A stretch of DNA of 64,000 bases, taken from contig CAYFXC010000004.1 of assembly GCA_964347045.1 (NCBI GenBank), forward strand, positions 32,001-96,000, written 5' to 3'. Of the stretch, positions 57,381 to 64,000 are shown one piece after another. Both the position numbers and the translations under genes were made by a program. This stretch comes from an uncultured archaeon (GTDB lineage: Archaea; Asgardarchaeota; Hermodarchaeia; Hermodarchaeales; Hermodarchaeaceae). Positions within the stretch are counted from its first letter, which is position 1. Each line of letters begins with the position of its first letter. The notes beneath the pieces are model-generated. The model was not told the origin of the DNA. It saw only the letters and a program-made list of their open reading frames with translations, and searched no databases.

Positions 57381-58247
57381 ATGAATGAATCTCCAAAAGC
57401 CCCGATGTCTGATAAAGAATTTCTGAAAGAAGCCATCCACATCGTCGATCAAGCCGAGGAATACGGCGTTACAATTCGCATTTTAGGAGCTTTAGCTATC
57501 AGAATGCAAACGCCAAATAAAATTGGTTTACATCATACACTAGATAGGCTTGGAGAAGGAAAGATGAGCTTCACGGATATTGACTTAATTGGTCCAAAGT
57601 CTCAAAGACGAAAAATCGAGAATTTCTTTGAGAAAGAATTAGGATTCGAAGTTGATCGGTATGCATTACTTGCAGCGAAAGACCGCTACATTTACCATCA
57701 TCCTCAAAAGCCATATCATGTAGATGTTTTTTTAGACTGTTTAGACTTCAGCCATAAAATTCAATTCGCACATAAAAATGACTTTCATCGATTGAGTCTT
57801 GATAAACCCACAATAACCTTAGCAGATCTTGTTTTAGAAAAGACTCAAATTCATGATATTAATGAAAAAGATATCAAAGACCTCATCACATTATTTGCTG
57901 GTCATGAAGTGGGGACAACAGATAAGGATCCAAAAACAATCAATGAAATCTACATAGCCGAAGTCCTGTCCGATGATTGGGGATTTTGGTATGATGCAAC
58001 GGCGAATTTAAGAAAGGCATTGGAGTTCTGTAAGAAATATTGTGCAGAAGAACTCATTGAAAAAAATGAAAGTAATACTGTAGTTGCTAAAATCGAAGAA
58101 TTATTGAAAACTATTGATGAGCACCCAAAGACGAAAAACTGGGAAAAACGTGCAAAAAAGGGAACAAGTAAAAAATGGTGGAAGGATGTCGAAGAATCGG
58201 ATCGGGGAGCAGACCAACACACCATAAAAAGAGATAGTTGGTTCTAA
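57381..58247 (+). CDS. Uncharacterised nucleotidyltransferase-fold protein
   Basis: ILGALAI followed by TDIDL (hG[GA]...DxD) and a later VDVF Asp. Confidence 0.55.
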   Translation: MNESPKAPMSDKEFLKEAIHIVDQAEEYGVTIRILGALAIRMQTPNKIGLHHTLDRLGEGKMSFTDIDLIGPKSQRRKIENFFEKELGFEVDRYALLAAKDRYIYHHPQKPYHVDVFLDCLDFSHKIQFAHKNDFHRLSLDKPTITLADLVLEKTQIHDINEKDIKDLITLFAGHEVGTTDKDPKTINEIYIAEVLSDDWGFWYDATANLRKALEFCKKYCAEELIEKNESNTVVAKIEELLKTIDEHPKTKNWEKRAKKGTSKKWWKDVEESDRGADQHTIKRDSWF

Positions 58248-58259
58248 CCACAAAGAGTC

Positions 58260-58930
58260 CAATTTTGTAAGGTTAGTCTTTTTTTCAACTTTGCGTTTGA
58301 TTTCACCAAATTTAACAAGTGCGCATATGGCTTTTACGGCTCTCGCAGGAGTAGGAAGGGCAGGAAATCCCACATTTTCAAGAAGTTCTCCACCTTTCAT
58401 AGTGTACCGTCCACCAGCCGTACAAGCTACGAGTGGTTTGTTATATTTACGAATAATCGCAACAAGTCGATCTACAATATCGAGATCTAGTAAAGCTATT
58501 TGTATCATTACAACTACAATGGCTGCATCATTATGATCTAATCCTAAAAGTGCATCTAGAGCAATTTGATACCTTTTCGCATCTATTTCATCTGTGAGGT
58601 CAATAGGATTATCTACACTGCAATGGCCGGAAACGCCTCGCATAGAAGCCTTTTCGTGTCTTCAGGAGGTTAAGGGACGGACAAGCCAAGTTCCCTACAG
58701 GTATCCACGGTCACCACACCAGTGCCACCAAATGTCCGCCACGATGAGTATGCAATTACCTTTAGTAATTGGTTGATCAGCCAAGGTCTCTGTCATTTCA
58801 AATCCATCTTCGAAGTCGGTAGCAATGATTATTCCGGTCTGATGAAAAGCAGAATCATAAAGCCGGGCATCACCAGCCAAAGCCGCCGTATGACTTGCAA
58901 CTGCTGCCGATCCTCGTTTAGATCGATTTG
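58260..58930 (-). pseudogene. acdA: Degraded ADP-forming acyl-CoA synthetase alpha subunit (C-terminal half)
   Basis: RGSAAVASHTAALAGD..YDSAFHQTG and NPIDLT...KPLVAC lie in separate reading frames; N-terminal CoA-binding domain is absent. Confidence 0.8.
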
Positions 58931-58967
58931 ATTTTTTTACTATTACTAGTTGGCTAACTCAAAGAAT

Positions 58968-59498
58968 CTAGGCATCGATAAGAATCCGAAGGAGTTCGAC
59001 GCTGAAGTACCCTTTTGCACGGAGAACGTCTAAAGGCGTGTGGAATTTAATTGTTACAAATGAAGCCACACCTGTGGCACCAACAATTTTTTTGTAAACC
59101 TTCTTAAAATCGGCTAGGGTTGAAGTCATGGCTAAAACTCCGGCAGCTTCGTCAGATATTCGAATGAAGACATCCGATTGGACACTCCTTTCCAGTGATA
59201 ATCCCATAGGTTGAACACCTTCCTTCTTTAGAAGAACCGGTTCACCTCCAACAATAAGCTGTAGCCGAGTATCATTCAATGCCTTCGTTTTTGCACTAAT
59301 GTCAGGAGTGGCTAAAAGGTCTCCGAGCCGCTGAATAAAAGCATTAACCGGATCAGTCAACGAAACTAGCGTACTTTCCGGTAATGTTGACTTCTCAGGT
59401 GGAAGAGGAGTTTTGATGTCAGGCGTCAAATCTTCCTCTTTGGGTTCTTCAGGCGATTTTTCAATTTCATCCTGTTTTCTTCGTTTAAACCAGCGCAT
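58968..59498 (-). CDS. Hypothetical protein (possible SCP2-like fold)
   Basis: GGAGTG SD; basic N-terminus and acidic linker, then RLQLIV...SDVFIRISDEAA. Confidence 0.55.
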   Translation of the reverse strand: MRWFKRRKQDEIEKSPEEPKEEDLTPDIKTPLPPEKSTLPESTLVSLTDPVNAFIQRLGDLLATPDISAKTKALNDTRLQLIVGGEPVLLKKEGVQPMGLSLERSVQSDVFIRISDEAAGVLAMTSTLADFKKVYKKIVGATGVASFVTIKFHTPLDVLRAKGYFSVELLRILIDA

Positions 59499-59676
59499 TG
59501 TTTTTCACTCCAACCAGACTTTGAATGTGTTGTTGCATAGTTGGAAGGCATTAGAAGCCATAAAAGCATACCGAAGCAAATTCAGGAAATGATGCCGAAG
59601 AATAGAAAAACGTAGAATCACGCAAAAGGAGGTGCTTTATATCAGCTCTTATCGCAATAGCCAATGGTGACTAGCT

Positions 59677-59973
59677 ATGACGAAAGTAACTGAAATTGTC
59701 CACTTCTTCGAACAAAAAATCTCATCAATACTTACCGTAGATGGTTTCCCACCAGAAACGAAAAAGGATCGCTTTGTAAAGGAAGGAGGATTTTTCGTTC
59801 GTGTGGCTGATGGTGATGGGAATGCGCAAACCATCAAATTAAGCGATACGGAAATGACCGCCCTTATTCAGGACATAAAAATTGCATTGAAGAATCATCG
59901 ACACCAAAAACTTAAACTATATGCAGAAATCGATGAGCGCCAACGCTCGGTGTCTTCGAAAGATAGCGAATGA
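59677..59973 (+). CDS. Hypothetical protein
   Basis: TTTATA box and GGTGA SD upstream; 98-aa ORF. Confidence 0.65.
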   Translation: MTKVTEIVHFFEQKISSILTVDGFPPETKKDRFVKEGGFFVRVADGDGNAQTIKLSDTEMTALIQDIKIALKNHRHQKLKLYAEIDERQRSVSSKDSE

Positions 59974-59981
59974 TATCTCAC

Positions 59982-60701
<720 letters not shown>

Positions 60702-60812
60702 CTAAACGTATAATCTTTACCCCCAAATCAAGCACAATACATGTCATCAATCTGGTTCAAGTAACACCCATACACTTTTAGTCAGAACCAAAAGGGAAGG
60801 ACTACCAACCAC

Positions 60813-61223
60813 ATGGAAGTGATGGAATTGTCAACAAACCAACAAATGATAGAAGAACTAAAGCAAATTAGAAAAGCCCTGGTCCCACCTCCTCCACCTC
60901 CGCCGGAAAAGAAAAACCTTTGGCAAGAATTCAAAGAATTTCTAGATCAATACAAAGTCATGGGTCTGGCTGTAGCCTTCATAATGGGCCTGTATCTTGG
61001 CAGACTGGTACAATCCTTAGTTACAGCCTGGATCACACCAATTATCAACATCACCTTATTATCTATAGGTTTACTTTCGCCAGATCAGGTGACACTGAAT
61101 CCAAGTGCATATCCACTATTTTTCAATCCAGCCCTCTTTATCAGTGAGCTAATTACCTTTATTATCGTAGCATTTGTCATTTTCATCCTCGTAAAATTCA
61201 CAAAGCGTCTTGGAATAAAATAG
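60813..61223 (+). CDS. mscL: Large-conductance mechanosensitive channel-like protein
   Basis: EFKEFL..YKVMGLAVAFIMG..LVQSLV..ITPII, FISELITFIIVAFVIF. Confidence 0.85.
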   Translation: MEVMELSTNQQMIEELKQIRKALVPPPPPPPEKKNLWQEFKEFLDQYKVMGLAVAFIMGLYLGRLVQSLVTAWITPIINITLLSIGLLSPDQVTLNPSAYPLFFNPALFISELITFIIVAFVIFILVKFTKRLGIK

Positions 61224-61313
61224 GTTGATTACCTATTTGGTAATTCTAACCAAGATTACTTGACCCTCTATGAGGTTCTGCAGTATTAGTTTAGTGGACA
61301 CTGTAACAGATTC

Positions 61314-61835
61314 TCATTCTCTCAATAAAAATTCCCAAGCACACCACCATTCATCAGGGTGTGGGTCGGGTGGACAGCCAAGACAGCGTGTCACAATTCG
61401 AGGATCAATGGTTTTGGCGAATTCGGAATACTCAACAAGACCCACTGATTTACAGGGAAAATCAGCCAATCCTTTCCGTTTTCGAGCATCTTGGACACGA
61501 CATTGCTCCATACGGAAAACAAATCGAGTCTCGTCGATGTCTTCAATTGATTGTTTATTCAACCGAGCATAGACTCGATATTGTAAAGCTTTTTTCAATC
61601 CCATCAAACCAGAATTATTTGGAATTGCCATTTCCTTCATGATTCGCTTAGCTTCAATAGGTGAAAACCGCCGCCACGATTCAGCATCTAGTTCAATTGC
61701 CGTTTCGATATCAAATTTTTGCTCAGCCGCTAGAAACCATGTACCATCGATAGCGAGCCAATTCTTGGCATACATATCAATGATTTTTAGCAGATCTTTG
61801 CGAGAGAGTTTTTCAAAAATAACTTGATAAGACAA
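61314..61835 (-). CDS. DUF6125-like protein
   Basis: KNWLAIDGTWF, CRVQDARKRKGL..FPCK, CLGCPPDPHP..WWCAWEF. Confidence 0.75.
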   Translation of the reverse strand: MSYQVIFEKLSRKDLLKIIDMYAKNWLAIDGTWFLAAEQKFDIETAIELDAESWRRFSPIEAKRIMKEMAIPNNSGLMGLKKALQYRVYARLNKQSIEDIDETRFVFRMEQCRVQDARKRKGLADFPCKSVGLVEYSEFAKTIDPRIVTRCLGCPPDPHPDEWWCAWEFLLRE

Positions 61836-61901
61836 AAAAGCGTGGCCTCCGCTAACTCCTTTGCTACGCCGTTATTTTAGTCTAGCTCGTACTCGCGATG
61901 A

Positions 61902-62861
61902 CTAAAATTCTACAGCGAGTTTGAGTTCGCGGACGAGTTCTTTATAACGATTACGCACGGTAACTTCTGTGACGCGAGCGACCTCCGCAATTTCGCGTTG
62001 CGTTCGTCGTTCGCCCTCCATAATTGCTGAAATATATAGTGCAGATGCGGCAAGACCAGTGGGATCTTTTCCGGCAGTAATGCCTTTCAAGCGCGCATCT
62101 TCGAGGATTTTTATGGCTCTTCGTTGGACGCGACTACTTAACCCAAGACTTTCAGCGAATCGCGGAATGAAGTTACTTGGATGAGAAATAGGCATTCGGA
62201 CGTCAAGTCGACGAAGGAGTAACCGATAGCAGCGACCGAGTTCTTTCCGGTTAATCCGACTGTGGTAGGCGATTTCATCAAGAGTACAGGGCGCTTCTCG
62301 AAGCCGACAACCTGCATACATGGCTGCGGCAATCATTGCATCAATACTGCGACCTCGGATGAGTCGGCGTTCAAGTGCCCGTCGATACAGGACAGCAGCT
62401 GTTTCTTTTACAGTCTGGGATATGCCAAGTTGACTGCTGAGTCGATCTAGTTCACTCATTGCACTGGCAAGGTTGCGTTCAATGCTTGAGTGAACACGTG
62501 ATCGACGCTGCCATTTTCGGAGTCGATAAATTTCTGCACGTCGATTGGAGGTGATTTGACGACCAGCGGCATCACGATTTCGCCAGTCAATCATGGTGCT
62601 TAGATCATGATCTTGTAGGGCATAATTAATGGGACTTCCCGTTCGTGCTCGCTTATCACGTTCTTCAACGGTGAAGGCACGCCATTCAGGACCAGAATCA
62701 ATGGTATTCTTATCTAGCACAAGCCCACAGTTCGCGCACGTGACTTCCCCTCGGCTCTCATCTCGAATCGCATCTCTTTCACCGCAGTCAGGGCATGGAC
62801 GGTGTTCCTGCGAATCTTGGAATTGCCGATGTTTTTCATGAATTGAGGAATTTTCTTCCAT
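61902..62861 (-). CDS. tfb: Transcription initiation factor IIB
   Basis: CPDC/CANC Zn ribbon, GPEWRAF, two cyclin repeats, TEVTVRNRYKE. Confidence 0.96.
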   Translation of the reverse strand: MEENSSIHEKHRQFQDSQEHRPCPDCGERDAIRDESRGEVTCANCGLVLDKNTIDSGPEWRAFTVEERDKRARTGSPINYALQDHDLSTMIDWRNRDAAGRQITSNRRAEIYRLRKWQRRSRVHSSIERNLASAMSELDRLSSQLGISQTVKETAAVLYRRALERRLIRGRSIDAMIAAAMYAGCRLREAPCTLDEIAYHSRINRKELGRCYRLLLRRLDVRMPISHPSNFIPRFAESLGLSSRVQRRAIKILEDARLKGITAGKDPTGLAASALYISAIMEGERRTQREIAEVARVTEVTVRNRYKELVRELKLAVEF

Positions 62862-63138
62862 TGTACATTCTTCTCCTAATATATGGTTAGGGAAGTTTAG
62901 GATGCATACGGTGCTTTGCATATCACGTCAAAGTGTTTCAAGGCGACCAAGAGGTTCAAAAGAGAACCTGGTTTGGTAGATTATCTAGCAAGATAAGGTA
63001 AATGTCGCCGCGTGACTCAACGATAACCTTATAAACTTTCCCATTTATTTTTTAGTTGAACAAGTATTTAAATGTTCGCTTTTTTATCGGATTAACCCAA
63101 CGAGGAACAAGAAGCCACTAGATAGCTTCGATTTTTGA

Positions 63139-64000
63139 TTAAATTTCTACTAGCAGTTCAAGAACGCGAACCATTTCCTTGTAACGATTACGAACGGTGA
63201 CTTCGGTTACACGAGCAACGGCTGCAATTTCGCGTTGAGTTCGCCTTTCACCTTCTTGGATTGAAGCAATATAAAGTGTCGCTGCAGCCAGACCTGTGGG
63301 GTCTTTGCCCGCAGTTATTCCTTGGGCTTTAGCTTTATCGAGAATGTCAATGGCTCGACGTTGGACTCGACTTGTTAGATCTAGAGCTTGCGCAAATCGA
63401 GGAACAAAGTCGGTTGGTTGTGAAATGGGTACCCGCATATCGAGCTTTCGAAGAAGAAGCCGATAGCAGCGACCCAGTTCTTTTCGGTTAATCCGACTAT
63501 GATGAGCAATCTCATCGAGGGTGCGAGGAACTTGTCGAAGTCTACAGCCGGCATAAACGCACGCCGCAATCATCGCTTCAATGCTTCGTCCACGAATTAA
63601 ATGGCGTTCAACAGTTCGTCGATATAGAATCGCTGAAGCCTCTTTTACAGGCCGAGGAACACTGAGTTGACTAGTGATTCGATCGAGTTCACTCATTGCT
63701 CGAGCAAGATTTCGATCAATACTGGAATGAACACGAGTACGGATTTGCCATTTACGAAGCCGATAGATTTGTGCTCGCAGACCTGGAGCAAGCTTTCGAC
63801 CATTGGCATCACGATCTCGCCAATCGATGGTGGTGCTTAAACCTTTATCATGACGTGTGTAATCAATCGGGGCACCGGTACGGGCTCGCGCATCACGTTC
63901 TTCGCTTGTAAATGCCCGCCATTCAGGTCCATGGTCTACCATATGAGAATCTAGCACCAGTCCACAACTTGTGCAGATAACTTCACCACGGACAGGATCA
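63139..64000 (-). CDS. tfb: Transcription initiation factor IIB, second copy (N-terminus beyond window edge)
   Basis: DPVRGEVICTSCGLVL at the edge, GPEWRAF, GKDPTGLAAA, TEVTVRNRYKE. Confidence 0.95.
   Translation of the reverse strand, partial: DPVRGEVICTSCGLVLDSHMVDHGPEWRAFTSEERDARARTGAPIDYTRHDKGLSTTIDWRDRDANGRKLAPGLRAQIYRLRKWQIRTRVHSSIDRNLARAMSELDRITSQLSVPRPVKEASAILYRRTVERHLIRGRSIEAMIAACVYAGCRLRQVPRTLDEIAHHSRINRKELGRCYRLLLRKLDMRVPISQPTDFVPRFAQALDLTSRVQRRAIDILDKAKAQGITAGKDPTGLAAATLYIASIQEGERRTQREIAAVARVTEVTVRNRYKEMVRVLELLVEI

Overview
Gene-dense archaeal chromosome segment, very probably from an Asgard archaeon. Archaeal markers are gatDE, egsA, two tandem TFBs and archaeal-type TPI and GlyRS. 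Eukaryote-signature-type genes include an eL22-like ribosomal protein, a roadblock/LC7 protein with a small GTPase, and a TRAP-beta-like domain. The left third holds transporters and lipid/acyl-processing genes (FabH-like synthase, GH5 glycolipid hydrolase, acyl-CoA ligase, alpha/beta hydrolase), two MgtE half-transporters, and an SCP2-dehydrogenase-FGGY kinase-aldolase-AOR operon lying between the separated NfnA/SudB and NfnB/SudA genes. The middle holds anchor-less SdhAB, a fumarase-family lyase, ppa, a tRNA-Arg(UCU) with non-canonical C33, a SAMP, RNase Z, gatDE, glyS and an EPAP-repeat protein. It also holds a small GTPase with a switch-I CxxC and a Q-to-L substitution, encoded next to a thioredoxin and a roadblock protein. 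The right part holds a form IV RuBisCO-like protein within an uncharacterised catabolic cluster (two aminotransferases, glycerol dehydrogenase, PLBD-like Ntn hydrolase, metallophosphoesterase, egsA, APC permease, FGGY kinase, NTase-fold protein). It ends with an acdA pseudogene, tpiA, an MscL with permuted-looking architecture and the TFB pair. No CRISPR array, rRNA or transposase was seen. All family assignments come from motif recognition by eye, not from database searches.
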